The translations under genes and the position numbers were made by a program. From sequence record SRR2962707_659: DNA of 35,423 nt; one strand, given 5' to 3'. Below the pieces are notes generated by a model. It saw nothing but the letters and a program-made list of their open reading frames with translations, searched no databases and was not told where the DNA came from. Below are positions 18,899-28,829 of the stretch, piece by piece. Numbering within the stretch: the stretch's first letter is position 1; each line of letters opens with the position of its first letter.

Positions 18899-20917
18899 AT
18901 GACGTCATTCATGCCGGACATAGAGACAGACTTCCCCCGCGAAGTTGTCGAGATTGCGGATCAGCCGATCGTGATACCCGATGGCTGCCGTTTGTCGGCG
19001 CGGATGTGGTTGCCGCGTGACGCGGATGAAAATCCGGTTCCGGTTATCCTTGAGCATCTGCCCTATCGCAAGCGTGATGGAACCATTGTGCGTGACGCCA
19101 TCACCCATCCGTGGATGGCGGGGCAGGGCTATGCCTGCATTCGTGTCGACATGCGTGGCAACGGTGATTCCGAAGGCCTGATGGAGGATGAGTACACCGC
19201 GCAGGAACTGCAGGATGCCTGCGATGTCATCGTCTGGGCGACTGCTCAGCCTTGGTGCTCGGGGACGGCCGGGATGATGGGAATATCCTGGGGCGGGTTC
19301 AATTCGTTGCAGGTCGCTGCACTCAGGCCGCCGGCGCTCAAGGCGATCATCACGATTTGCTCCACCGCCGACCGCTTTGCCGATGACATTCACTTCAAGG
19401 GCGGTTGCCTGCTCGGCGAGAATTTTGCCTGGGCGGCGAACATGCTGTCTTATTCGTCACGCCCGCCGGACCCGGCGCTTGTTGGGGACAAGTGGCGCGA
19501 GATGTGGCTTGATCGACTGAACAACATGCCGTTTCTGGCGCGTGACTGGATCTCGCGGCAGACGCGGGACGATTACTGGAAGCACGGTTCTGTCTGCGAG
19601 GATTACAGCGCGATCGAAGCTGCAGTGCTCACGATCGGCGGTTGGCACGATGGGTATCGAAACACGATTTCCAATCTGGTCGAAAATCTGCAAGCTCCGG
19701 TCAAAGGCCTTGTCGGGCCGTGGATTCACAAATACCCGCATTATGCCGGGCCCGAGCCGCGCATCGGCTTTTTGCAGGAAGCAAAGCGCTGGTGGGACCA
19801 TTGGCTCAAGGGCGTTGACAACGGAGCTGAAGAACTGCCCGCCTACCGCGCATGGCTGATGGACTCCATTGCGCCTGAGCGTTGGGTGGATGAACGCCCG
19901 GGCCGGTGGATAGCCGAGGCTGAATGGCCGTCAGAAAACATTGGTGTGACGGCGCTGCAACTTGGGAACAACACTCTCGGCGAAACGCCGATACAGGAGG
20001 CAGTTTCCGTCAGTTCGCCGGCGGATTGCGGCAGCCAGACCGGTGAGTATTTCCCCTTTGCCTACAGTCAGGAACTGCCGGATGAGCAAACACCGGATGA
20101 TGTGAAGTCCGCATGCTTCGATAGTGATGTTCTTGTTGATCCGGTGGATATTGTCGGCGCGCCGAAACTGCGCATCCAGGGACGTGCGGACAAGCCGATG
20201 GCGCAACTGGCGGTACGGCTTTGCGATTTGCGCCCGGATGGAACCTCGGCGTTGATTACCATGGGCGTGCTCAATCTCACCCATCGCAAATCGGCGGAAC
20301 AGCCAGAACTGCTGACGCCTGGAGACATGTTTGAGGCCCTTGTTACACTCGATCAGATTGCCTATCGCATTCCCGCAGGGCACCGGTTGCGGATAGCGGT
20401 GTCGACTAGCTATTGGCCGTTCATCTGGCCGGCTCCGGAGCGCACGACTGTGGCGCTCGAAGCGGCGACACTGGAAATTCCGTTCCGCAAAACAAAGGCC
20501 GAGGCTGACGAATGCAGCTTTGAAAAGCCGGTTGGTGCTGAGCCTTGGCGCTATGAAAGCCTGAGGCCGTCGATCTACACCCGGCAGAGCGAAACAGATC
20601 CTGCTAGCGGCGTTGTCACCACCACCGTTCTGGATGATGCAGGCGAGGCCCGCGATCTGGAGCATGGACTGATTTCAGGCAGTCTCACCCGCGAAATTTG
20701 TTCAATCCACCCCGATGACCCTCAATCTGCGACGACACAAATCCATTGGGAGCAGACCGGCGGCCGTGATGACTGGCGCACTGCCACGATCCTGGACATG
20801 GACATGCGCTGCGACAAGGACTGGTTTTATATCACCGGCAAACTGGTGGCGACGGAGAATGATGCGGTGATGTTCGAGCGGGAGTGGGACGAGCGGATTG
20901 AACGCCGCTTCGTCTGA
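18899..20917 (+). CDS. CocE/NonD family serine hydrolase (peptidase S15-like)
   Basis: PYRK oxyanion motif, VDMRGNGDSEG, nucleophile GISWGG, GPWIHKYP, C-terminal jelly-roll region; GGGGAGAG RBS. Confidence 0.92.
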   Translation: MTSFMPDIETDFPREVVEIADQPIVIPDGCRLSARMWLPRDADENPVPVILEHLPYRKRDGTIVRDAITHPWMAGQGYACIRVDMRGNGDSEGLMEDEYTAQELQDACDVIVWATAQPWCSGTAGMMGISWGGFNSLQVAALRPPALKAIITICSTADRFADDIHFKGGCLLGENFAWAANMLSYSSRPPDPALVGDKWREMWLDRLNNMPFLARDWISRQTRDDYWKHGSVCEDYSAIEAAVLTIGGWHDGYRNTISNLVENLQAPVKGLVGPWIHKYPHYAGPEPRIGFLQEAKRWWDHWLKGVDNGAEELPAYRAWLMDSIAPERWVDERPGRWIAEAEWPSENIGVTALQLGNNTLGETPIQEAVSVSSPADCGSQTGEYFPFAYSQELPDEQTPDDVKSACFDSDVLVDPVDIVGAPKLRIQGRADKPMAQLAVRLCDLRPDGTSALITMGVLNLTHRKSAEQPELLTPGDMFEALVTLDQIAYRIPAGHRLRIAVSTSYWPFIWPAPERTTVALEAATLEIPFRKTKAEADECSFEKPVGAEPWRYESLRPSIYTRQSETDPASGVVTTTVLDDAGEARDLEHGLISGSLTREICSIHPDDPQSATTQIHWEQTGGRDDWRTATILDMDMRCDKDWFYITGKLVATENDAVMFEREWDERIERRFV

Positions 20918-20941
20918 TCAGTCCCACCCGGTGTACAGGTC

Positions 20942-21895
20942 TCAATAGGGCCAATTGCCTGCGCCAAGTGCTGTGAAGCCGGAGATCATCCGGGTGAAAC
21001 TCTCACGGGCGCGGGCGACCGAATGGCGGGCCCGCAGGTAGCCGTGGACAAGGCCCTTTTCCTCAAAGCAGACAGCCTTGCTGCCCGCCCGGATCAGCCG
21101 CTCGCAATATTCCGGAGCGTCGCCCGATAGCGGGTCGCATTCGCCTGTGATGATGATGGTGTGCGGCATGCCGGTAAAATCATCTGCGGCAAGCGGCGTA
21201 AACGACGGGTCGTCTTTCGGGGATGTGCCGCCTGAACGCAGGCTGTCATAATAGAGCACGTCGGCGGTGCTCAGCATCGGCGCTTTGGCATGGCTGACAA
21301 AACTGCCCTTGCTGGTGTCCGCGCCAAGCAGCGGATAGATCAGCAATTGTCCTGCCGGCCTGGAGCCGTCGTTGCGGGTTGCCCATGCCACAGCTGCCGC
21401 GAGATTGCCCCCGGCGCTGTCACCGGACAGAATGACCGGCCGTCCGGCGCTGCCAGCCACGTAACGAAAAGCCGCCATGGCATCGTCGAACTGAGCAGGG
21501 TGGCGGTGTTCGGGCGCCAGACGGTAATCGACCGCCGTCACGGCATAACCGGTCCGGTCGCAGATTTCCGCGCAGATGCTGTCGTGGCTTTCCAGCCCGC
21601 CAAGGATGAAGCCGCCGCCATGCAGATACATGATGCTTGCGGCAGTTTCTCCGGATCCAGGCAGATATTCACGCAGGGGGATTTCGCAACCGGGGCCGGG
21701 AATTGTAAAATCACGAACGGATACGGCTGATGGTCTGCCAGCGTCAAAGGCTTTGCAGAGTGCGTCGTAAACGCCGCGCTGGCCCTGATGGTCGAGGCTG
21801 GTGGCGTTTTCGGGGTAGAACGCGATCGATTTGTCGATGAATGCCCAGGTTTCGTCGTCAAGCAGCGTGTCGTAGGGGGCGGGGCGCAAGGGCAT
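20942..21895 (-). CDS. Alpha/beta hydrolase, hormone-sensitive lipase (Aes-like) family esterase
   Basis: HGGGF oxyanion motif, DYRLAPEH, GDSAGG nucleophile, DPL, HGY; GAGG RBS before ATG 21895. Confidence 0.92.
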   Translation of the reverse strand: MPLRPAPYDTLLDDETWAFIDKSIAFYPENATSLDHQGQRGVYDALCKAFDAGRPSAVSVRDFTIPGPGCEIPLREYLPGSGETAASIMYLHGGGFILGGLESHDSICAEICDRTGYAVTAVDYRLAPEHRHPAQFDDAMAAFRYVAGSAGRPVILSGDSAGGNLAAAVAWATRNDGSRPAGQLLIYPLLGADTSKGSFVSHAKAPMLSTADVLYYDSLRSGGTSPKDDPSFTPLAADDFTGMPHTIIITGECDPLSGDAPEYCERLIRAGSKAVCFEEKGLVHGYLRARHSVARARESFTRMISGFTALGAGNWPY

Positions 21896-21969
21896 GTCCT
21901 CAAATTGGTTTCTGATGTTGACGCCCATGCAATCGCGAGGCACAGCTTCTGTCAAACGGGAAAAGCATC

Positions 21970-22689
21970 ATGACATGGAAATTGGGGCACGAGATCAAGG
22001 CAATCCTGTTCGACAAGGATGGCACGCTGGTCGATTTTGACAAAACCTGGGCAGCGACCAACCGCAAGGGGGCGTTGATTGCGGCGGATGGCGACGTGGC
22101 GCTGGCCGATGTGTTGCTGCAAGCATGCGGCATGGACCCTGTTTCCGGCAAGACCCGCGCCGACAGCATGTTTGCGGCGGCGAATGCCGGCGAGATCGCC
22201 GCGCATATGGTGGCGCATGGTAGTCCGTTCGAGGCTGAAGTCCTGATGCGCCGGCTCGACAAGACCTTTGTCGAGGGGGCGGAATCTCCCTGGCCGATCT
22301 GTGATCTCAAAGAGCTGATGCAGATGCTCTCCGGTGCCGGGTTTGCGGTCGGTATCGCTTCGAGCGACGGGGAGGCCAGCATCCGCCGCACTGTCGAGGT
22401 GCTCGAATTGTCGTCTGAAATCAATTTTATAGCTGGCTATGACAGCGGGCATGGCCCGAAACCCGAAGCGGGTATGGTGCTGGCCTTTGCCGCGCATTTG
22501 GGCCTGGAACCTTCACAAATCGCCATGGTGGGCGACAATGGTCACGACATGGAAATGGCGCGCGCAGCTGAGGCAGGTGCGGCCATAGGCGTGCTGTCGG
22601 GAACAGGGACGCGCCAGACCCTGGAGGCGCTGGCGGATATCCTGATTGGATCGGTGGCGGATCTGCCTGCACTGGTCGCGGCGCGATAG
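21970..22689 (+). CDS. HAD-superfamily phosphatase (phosphoglycolate phosphatase-like)
   Basis: Motif I ILFDKDGTLVD, ASSD, KPEAGM, MVGDNGHD. Confidence 0.9.
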   Translation: MTWKLGHEIKAILFDKDGTLVDFDKTWAATNRKGALIAADGDVALADVLLQACGMDPVSGKTRADSMFAAANAGEIAAHMVAHGSPFEAEVLMRRLDKTFVEGAESPWPICDLKELMQMLSGAGFAVGIASSDGEASIRRTVEVLELSSEINFIAGYDSGHGPKPEAGMVLAFAAHLGLEPSQIAMVGDNGHDMEMARAAEAGAAIGVLSGTGTRQTLEALADILIGSVADLPALVAAR

Positions 22690-22722
22690 CTGCGCGGCCA
22701 AACCACTCAGGTGTCGCGTGGC

Positions 22723-24342
22723 TCAGTTGTCGCGGTTTGCCAGCAGATTGGTGAGCCAGTCGGGGTCCATTTCCGGAACCGACGACAGAAGCAGCTTGGT
22801 GTAATCGGGGAAGGGTGGTGACAGGATCTCGCTCTTGAGGCCCTGTTCGACAACCTTACCCTCCAGCATCACCACGATCTCGTCCGAAATCGCTTTCACC
22901 GTGGCAATGTCATGGGTGATGAACATATAAGTGATGTCGTATTTCTTTTGCAGCCGCAGCAGCAACTGCAGGATGCCTTCCTGCACGATCTGGTCGAGCG
23001 CGGATGTCACCTCATCGCAGATAATGATGTCCGGCCGGGCGGCAAGCGCGCGGGCGATGCAGATCCTCTGCTTCTGGCCACCGGACAGTTCGGATGGCAA
23101 CCGGTCCATGAAACTCTCGTCGAGCTCGATCATGTCCAGCAGTTCGAGGATACGCTCCTCGCGTTCTTTCCCCTTGAGCCCAAGATAGAATTCAAGCGGG
23201 CGACCGATGATATCCTCGACGGTCTGGCGGGGGTTCATCGCCGTGTCCGCCATTTGGTAGATCATCTGGATGCGCTGCAGCTGTTCCTTGCTGCGATCCT
23301 TCAAAGCAGCCGGCAAAGGTTCGCCGTTAAAAATGACTTCTCCGGCCGATGGCGGCAACAGGCCGGTGATCACCCGCGCGACGGTTGATTTTCCTGATCC
23401 GGATTCGCCGACCACCGCGACAGTTCGGCCACGCGGAAACGACATCGAGACATCATGCAAAACCTTGATGTCGCCATAGGCCGCATCAACATTGTTGACT
23501 GACAGGACGATGTCCTCGCCTTTGACCTCGGGTTTTTCCAGCGCCCGTACCGACCAGAGTGATTTGGTGTAGGGCATTTCCGGCTTGGTCAGCATCTGAC
23601 GCGTCGGTGCCTCTTCGACCTCTTCGCCGTAGCGAAGCACCTGAATGAAATCAGCCATCTGGGCAACCACTGCCAAGTCATGGGTGATGTAGATCGCAGC
23701 TGTGTTGAATTCCTCGACGATATTGCGCATCGACGCCAGAACTTCAACCTGAGTGGTGACGTCAAGCGCGGTTGTCGGTTCGTCAAAGATGATCAGGTCC
23801 GGGCGTGGCGACATTGCCATGGCTGTCATCACACGCTGCAACTGTCCACCGGAGACCTGGTGCGGATAGCGGTTGCCGATGGTTTCGGGATCGGGCAATT
23901 GCAGGGCGCGGTAAAGCTCCACGGCGTCCGCGCGGGATTCTGCATCGGGGCGGATGTGACGTCTGTTGGAGGCTTCCACGGTCTGGTCGATCAGCCGGTG
24001 GGCCGGATTGAAGGACGCGGCGGCCGATTGCGCCACATAGGCGATGCGGGTTCCCCAGAGTTTCCGTTTTTCCCGATCCTTGGCCTTTGCCAGGTCGATG
24101 CCGTCAAACATAATCGAGCCGCCGGTCAGTTTGCAGCCGGGCTGGGTGTAGCCCATGGCGGCCTTGCCGAGCGTTGATTTGCCCGCGCCGGATTCGCCGA
24201 TCAGCCCCATGATTTCGCCACGGCGCAGCGTCAGGTCAACGCCCTTGATGATGGGGTGCCATTGCTCGTCGGAGTAACCGTCGATGCGGATGTCGCGCAT
24301 CTCGAGGAGGATGTCGTTACTCTGTTCGGATGTGCCGGTCAT
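22723..24342 (-). CDS. Dpp/Opp-family ABC transporter ATP-binding protein (fused double ATPase)
   Basis: Two Walker A motifs ([18 protein letters not shown]) and two signatures ([24 protein letters not shown]). Confidence 0.95.
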   Translation of the reverse strand: MTGTSEQSNDILLEMRDIRIDGYSDEQWHPIIKGVDLTLRRGEIMGLIGESGAGKSTLGKAAMGYTQPGCKLTGGSIMFDGIDLAKAKDREKRKLWGTRIAYVAQSAAASFNPAHRLIDQTVEASNRRHIRPDAESRADAVELYRALQLPDPETIGNRYPHQVSGGQLQRVMTAMAMSPRPDLIIFDEPTTALDVTTQVEVLASMRNIVEEFNTAAIYITHDLAVVAQMADFIQVLRYGEEVEEAPTRQMLTKPEMPYTKSLWSVRALEKPEVKGEDIVLSVNNVDAAYGDIKVLHDVSMSFPRGRTVAVVGESGSGKSTVARVITGLLPPSAGEVIFNGEPLPAALKDRSKEQLQRIQMIYQMADTAMNPRQTVEDIIGRPLEFYLGLKGKEREERILELLDMIELDESFMDRLPSELSGGQKQRICIARALAARPDIIICDEVTSALDQIVQEGILQLLLRLQKKYDITYMFITHDIATVKAISDEIVVMLEGKVVEQGLKSEILSPPFPDYTKLLLSSVPEMDPDWLTNLLANRDN

Positions 24343-25253
24343 TCGCGAAGTCCGCTTGTTTTCTGCAGGAACCAGTCAACGATGAAGTTGACGGCCACGG
24401 TCAGCAGCGCGATTGCCGCAGCCGGCAGAAGCGGTGTGATGGCCGCTGTGATGTCGTATTTTGCAAACTGGATCAGCGAGGCATTGGCGCGAACCATCGA
24501 GCCCCAGTCAGCGGTCGGCGGCTGAATGCCGACACCCAGGAAAGACAGGGCTGCGATGGTGAGGAACACGAAGCAGAACCGCAGTCCGAATTCGGCCACT
24601 AGTGGCGGCATGATGTTGGGCAGGATTTCGCGGCGCATGATCCAGCCAAGGCCTTCGCCGCGCAATTTGGCCGCTTCAACATAATCCATCACCGCCACAT
24701 TGACGGCGACAGCGCGTGTGAGGCGGAACACGCGGGTGGAATCGAGCACCGCGATGATCATGATCAGGCTGGTGATGGTGGAGCCGAAGATCGACAACAG
24801 CATCAGTGCGAAGATCAGGCTTGGGATGGCCATGAGAACATCGACGAAGCGGCTCAGGCCCTGATCGAGCCAACTGCGGTTGATTGCCGCCACCAGACCA
24901 AGGCCTCCGCCAATCAGGAACGACAGGAAGGTGGTCGCCAGCGCGATGCCCATGGTGTTGCGGGCGCCGTAGATCAGACGGGTGAGGACATCGCGGCCGA
25001 TCTGGTCGGTGCCGAAGAAGAACTCACCCCCCCATGGCGCGAAGGGAATGGGATGGATCTCGGCTTCGCCATAGGGGGCAAGCACATCTGCGAAGATCGC
25101 CACCAGAATATAGAGCGAGACGACAATCATGCCGAACCAGGCGCTCGGGGGGGCGGATTTCAACAGCAGGCCAACGCGTTCCAGCCGGCTCCGGCGTTTG
25201 CGGACAGCCCCGACTTCTGCGGAGGCTGTGTAAGTGTCTGGTTGCTCGCTCAT
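24339..25253 (-). CDS. Dpp/Opp-family ABC permease (DppC-like)
   Basis: FGTDQIGRDVLTRLIYG, EAA motif DYVEAAKLRGE, LSFLGVGIQPPTADWG. Confidence 0.95.
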   Translation of the reverse strand: MSEQPDTYTASAEVGAVRKRRSRLERVGLLLKSAPPSAWFGMIVVSLYILVAIFADVLAPYGEAEIHPIPFAPWGGEFFFGTDQIGRDVLTRLIYGARNTMGIALATTFLSFLIGGGLGLVAAINRSWLDQGLSRFVDVLMAIPSLIFALMLLSIFGSTITSLIMIIAVLDSTRVFRLTRAVAVNVAVMDYVEAAKLRGEGLGWIMRREILPNIMPPLVAEFGLRFCFVFLTIAALSFLGVGIQPPTADWGSMVRANASLIQFAKYDITAAITPLLPAAAIALLTVAVNFIVDWFLQKTSGLRE

Positions 25254-26230
25254 CGTGGGTGCAACAATCGGGGGTTGGTGACAATGCCAATGATGTCGGC
25301 GGTCAGGTTAAGCAGGATGTAGGTCGCTGCGAAGATCAGCGCACAGGCCTGCACGACGGGAATGTCGCGGCTGGTCACAGCGTCGACCATCAGCTGGCCG
25401 ACGCCCGGATAGACAAACACCACTTCAACAACGACCACACCGACCACGAGATAGGCCAGGTTGAAGGCGATGACGGTGGCGATCGGCGCCCAGGCGTTGG
25501 GCAGCGCGTGTTTGAGAATGATCTGGGAGCGCGATGCGCCCTTGAGCCGGGCCATCTCGATATAGGGACTGGCCAGCAGGTTGATGATCGCGGCGCGCGT
25601 CATGCGCATCATGTGCGCTACGATCACCAGGGTCAGCGTCAGGGCAGGTAACGCCACGCGGTAGAGCCGTTCCCCCAGTGCAGTCGAGGCGTCGATATTG
25701 GCGAGTGAAGGAAATACCGGCCAGAGCGAAGCGAAGAACAGGATCAGGATGTAGGCGACGAAGAATTCCGGCGTGGAAATCGTTGTCAACGTCGCCGCGT
25801 TGACGATCCGGTCATAGGCGGTGTTGCGGTAGAGCGCGGCTGTCAGGCCCAAAAATAAGGCCAATGGCACGGCGATCAGGGCTGTGACACCGGCCAGAAA
25901 CAAGGTGTTCCACAGTCTCGGCATGACAAGGTCGCTGACCTGGCGGGAGCGATCCTGGCCGGAAGCGTTGCGGCCTGAGAAGGAGGTTCCGAGATCACCC
26001 TGAAGAACCGAGCCTACCCATTCGAAATACCGGACCGGCGCGGACTTGTCCAAACCCAGCTCCTTGCGGAAGGCTGCCACGGTTTCCTTGGTGGCCGCTT
26101 GACCAAGTACGGCTTCACTGAAATCGCCTGGGAGCATCGAAATGGAACTGAAGATGATTGCCGAGACAACGAAGAGGGTGGCTACGCCCATCCCCAGTCG
26201 TTTCAATATGGTCGACAGCACAGCGTTCAA
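25250..26230 (-). CDS. Dpp/Opp-family ABC permease (DppB-like)
   Basis: LGLDKSAPVRY, GDLGTS, YIEMARLKG, VFVYPGVG, RDIPVVQA; probable TTG start at 26230 with GGGGGA RBS (start uncertain). Confidence 0.92.
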   Translation of the reverse strand: MNAVLSTILKRLGMGVATLFVVSAIIFSSISMLPGDFSEAVLGQAATKETVAAFRKELGLDKSAPVRYFEWVGSVLQGDLGTSFSGRNASGQDRSRQVSDLVMPRLWNTLFLAGVTALIAVPLALFLGLTAALYRNTAYDRIVNAATLTTISTPEFFVAYILILFFASLWPVFPSLANIDASTALGERLYRVALPALTLTLVIVAHMMRMTRAAIINLLASPYIEMARLKGASRSQIILKHALPNAWAPIATVIAFNLAYLVVGVVVVEVVFVYPGVGQLMVDAVTSRDIPVVQACALIFAATYILLNLTADIIGIVTNPRLLHPR

Positions 26231-26627
26231 ACGCAAATTCCCCCGGTTGGTCAGTGGTCTTGTTGCCACCTGTCCAAGTCGATCAAGGTAATCACACCCC
26301 GTCCGCTCGACATTGGTTCATATTGTTGTCCAGTGCGGGGCACTTGTAAACCGGCTGATCGGATTATGCCGGTATAATGAGATTGCAGGTACCCGCATGG
26401 CGTGCGCGTTGACCCGAAAGCACCCCGCCGGTTTTGCAAATGTTCCCGTTAAGTGCGTCTTGGCCCTACATTTTTTGGGGCTGATGCGGTATAGCGGCAG
26501 TATCACTGACAGCTGCCGGTCTGTTGACACTCCCGGCTGGCGGGGCAGGATAAGGAAAACCTCTACGGCATCGCATCTCGCGCCACGCCGCCAATCAATA
26601 ATCACGGGAACCTAACGGAGACGTACC

Positions 26628-28235
26628 ATGAAAGACGATTATCTGAAAAAACAAGCGCGGTGGCTCAGCGAAGGCCAGATCGACCGCCGTCAGTTCATCA
26701 AGACCGCCATTGCAGCAGGTCTTGCCGTTCCTTCAGCGCTGACGCTGGCGACCGATGTGCTCGCCGCGACGCCCAAAAAGGGCGGCAAGTTCCGCATGGG
26801 CTCGTCCTACGGTTCGACCACCGATGCGCTGGATCCCGGCACTTCTGAAAACGGCATGTCGCAGAACATCATTTATGCGCGCGGCAACCATCTCACCGAA
26901 GTCAACAATGACGGCAAGCTGATCGCGGAACTGTCCTCAGGGTTTGAGCCGTCAAATGGCGCCAAGACCTGGATGTTCGATCTGCGCCAGGGCGTTGAAT
27001 TCCACAACGGCAAGACCATGACTGCCGACGATGTGATCGCGACATTCAACTATCACCGTGACGAGAATTCGAAGTCCGCTGCCAAGGGCCTGCTTTCTGC
27101 TGTCAAGGAAATCAAGAAGGACGGCGACAACCGCGTCATTTTCGAGCTTGATGCCGGCAATGCCGACTTCCCGTTTATCGTTTCCGATTATCACATCATG
27201 ATCATGGCGTCTGAGGATGGCGCGATCTCCGATGCGAACAGCCCGATCGGAACCGGCGGCTACATCGTCGAAAAATACGAGCCCGGCGTGCGCGCCCTGT
27301 TCAAGCGCAATCCCAACTACTTCAAGGAAGGCCGTGCGCATTTCGATGAAGTCGAGATGATCACCCTGTCCGACACGACTGCGCGTCAGAACGCGATCAT
27401 GAACGGTGATGTCGATTTCATCGACAATGTTGATCCGAAGACAGTTTCGCTGCTCGGCCGGGTGCCGACGCTTGATATCCTCAAGACCAACGGCACGCAG
27501 CATTTCACCTTCCCGATGCGGGTGAACTCGACTCCGTTCGACAATTACGATCTGCGCATGGCGCTCAAATACGCCATCAAGCGCCAGGAGCTGGTCGACA
27601 AGATCCTGCTCGGCAATGGTGAGGCTGGCAATGACGTGCCGGTGAATGCCTCGATGCCATATTTCAACACCGAACTTCCGGTGCATGAATTCGATTCCGA
27701 GAAGGCTGCCTTCCATTACAAGAAGTCCGGTCATTCGGGTGCGATCCAGCTGTCTGTTTCCGACGCCGCCTTCCCGGGCGCCGTTGATGCGGCCCAGCTG
27801 ATTGCGGCTTCGGCCAAGGAAGCCGGGATCGAGATCGAACTCGTGCGCGAGCCGAGCGACGGCTACTGGTCAAACGTCTGGAACAAGAAGCCATGGTGCG
27901 CCTGCTACTGGGGCGGCCGTCCGACTCAGGACTGGATGTATTCGGCAGCCTACACGTCGGACACCGAGTGGAACGACACCGCCTGGAAAACCGGCGAATC
28001 TGCAGACAAGTTCAACGAACTGGTGGTCATGGCGCGGTCGGAAACCGACGATACCAAGCGCAAGGACCAGTATTGGGAAGCCCAGAAGCTGCTTCAGGAC
28101 GATGGCGGCGCGATCGTCGGCATGTGGGCCAGCTTCATCCATGCGCATGGCAAGACGCTTGCTCATGACGACGCAGTCGCTGCCAACTGGTTGAGCGATG
28201 GCGCCAAGGTTTCCGAACGTTGGTGGTTCGCCTGA
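26628..28235 (+). CDS. Family-5 ABC substrate-binding protein with twin-arginine signal
   Basis: IDRRQFIK Tat motif, LRQGVEFHNGK, IGTGGY, RNPNYF, ends ERWWFA; GGAG RBS. Confidence 0.93.
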   Translation: MKDDYLKKQARWLSEGQIDRRQFIKTAIAAGLAVPSALTLATDVLAATPKKGGKFRMGSSYGSTTDALDPGTSENGMSQNIIYARGNHLTEVNNDGKLIAELSSGFEPSNGAKTWMFDLRQGVEFHNGKTMTADDVIATFNYHRDENSKSAAKGLLSAVKEIKKDGDNRVIFELDAGNADFPFIVSDYHIMIMASEDGAISDANSPIGTGGYIVEKYEPGVRALFKRNPNYFKEGRAHFDEVEMITLSDTTARQNAIMNGDVDFIDNVDPKTVSLLGRVPTLDILKTNGTQHFTFPMRVNSTPFDNYDLRMALKYAIKRQELVDKILLGNGEAGNDVPVNASMPYFNTELPVHEFDSEKAAFHYKKSGHSGAIQLSVSDAAFPGAVDAAQLIAASAKEAGIEIELVREPSDGYWSNVWNKKPWCACYWGGRPTQDWMYSAAYTSDTEWNDTAWKTGESADKFNELVVMARSETDDTKRKDQYWEAQKLLQDDGGAIVGMWASFIHAHGKTLAHDDAVAANWLSDGAKVSERWWFA

Positions 28236-28259
28236 TTTCAGGCTCTGATTGAGACAACT

Positions 28260-28291
28260 CGGCCGCGGAGAGATCCGCGGCCGTTTTCGTT
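28260..28291 (+). terminator. Rho-independent terminator of the binding-protein gene
   Basis: CGGCCGCGGA-gaga-TCCGCGGCCG perfect 10-bp stem with GNRA loop, followed by TTTTCGTT. Confidence 0.88.
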
Positions 28292-28304
28292 GGTGGCCTC
28301 TGGT

Positions 28305-28754
28305 TCAGCTCCCGCTTGGAGTGGCGCGTTTGTCTGGCGAGGTTGCGGGAATGGGAAACACGAGATCGTAGGCCCAATTGAAGACGAAGGCGTAGACCAG
28401 GTAGAAGGCCGCAAACGAAATATCCATCGCGAAGGCTTCGAGCAGGCTTATGCCGAGGTACCAGGCGATGAACGGCAACAGCACCAGCAATAGTCCGGCT
28501 TCAAACAAGACGGCGTGGAACACACGCATGGCAATCGATTTTGTCACATGGCCGGTGAAGCGCAGCAGGGCATTGTCGAAGAGCAGATTGTAGAGATAGT
28601 TCCAGCCAGTGGCGATTGTCGCGCTGACCACGGCAACGATGCCGATCTCGTTGAGCGGTTGCGCAAAGAGCCAGGCGCCAAGCGGCGTGACGATAAACAG
28701 CGCGATGATCTCGAAACTCAACGCGTGGCGAAGTCTGTCTTTGGTGGTTCGCAC
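28305..28754 (-). CDS. PACE-family (AceI/BTP, chlorhexidine efflux-type) transporter
   Basis: Two BTP repeats: RLRHALSFE...WNYLYNLLFD and RVFHAVLFE...FNWAYD; GTG start with GAGGT RBS. Confidence 0.92.
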   Translation of the reverse strand: MRTTKDRLRHALSFEIIALFIVTPLGAWLFAQPLNEIGIVAVVSATIATGWNYLYNLLFDNALLRFTGHVTKSIAMRVFHAVLFEAGLLLVLLPFIAWYLGISLLEAFAMDISFAAFYLVYAFVFNWAYDLVFPIPATSPDKRATPSGS

Positions 28755-28772
28755 AGGACACCTCAACTCATT

Positions 28773-28817
28773 GCCGGGTCGTCCCGGCGGTGTTTCCCGG
28801 ATGGGGAGGTCGTCCTC
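28773..28817 (-). ncRNA. Guanidine-II (mini-ykkC) riboswitch candidate
   Basis: Minus strand: P1 GAGG-ACGA-CCTC (28817-28806), 17-nt linker, P2 GCCGGG-ACGA-CCCGGC (28788-28773), then AATGAGTTGAGGTGTCCT-GTG start. Two GC stems capped by ACGR tetraloops just upstream of an RBS define this class. Confidence 0.85.
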
Positions 28818-28829
28818 GCTTGCCGTTCC

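Noticed and set aside
26373-26378. Perfect TATAAT in the ABC divergent intergenic region
   Set aside because: No credible -35 at 16-18 nt and far from either start; cannot be supported as a promoter.
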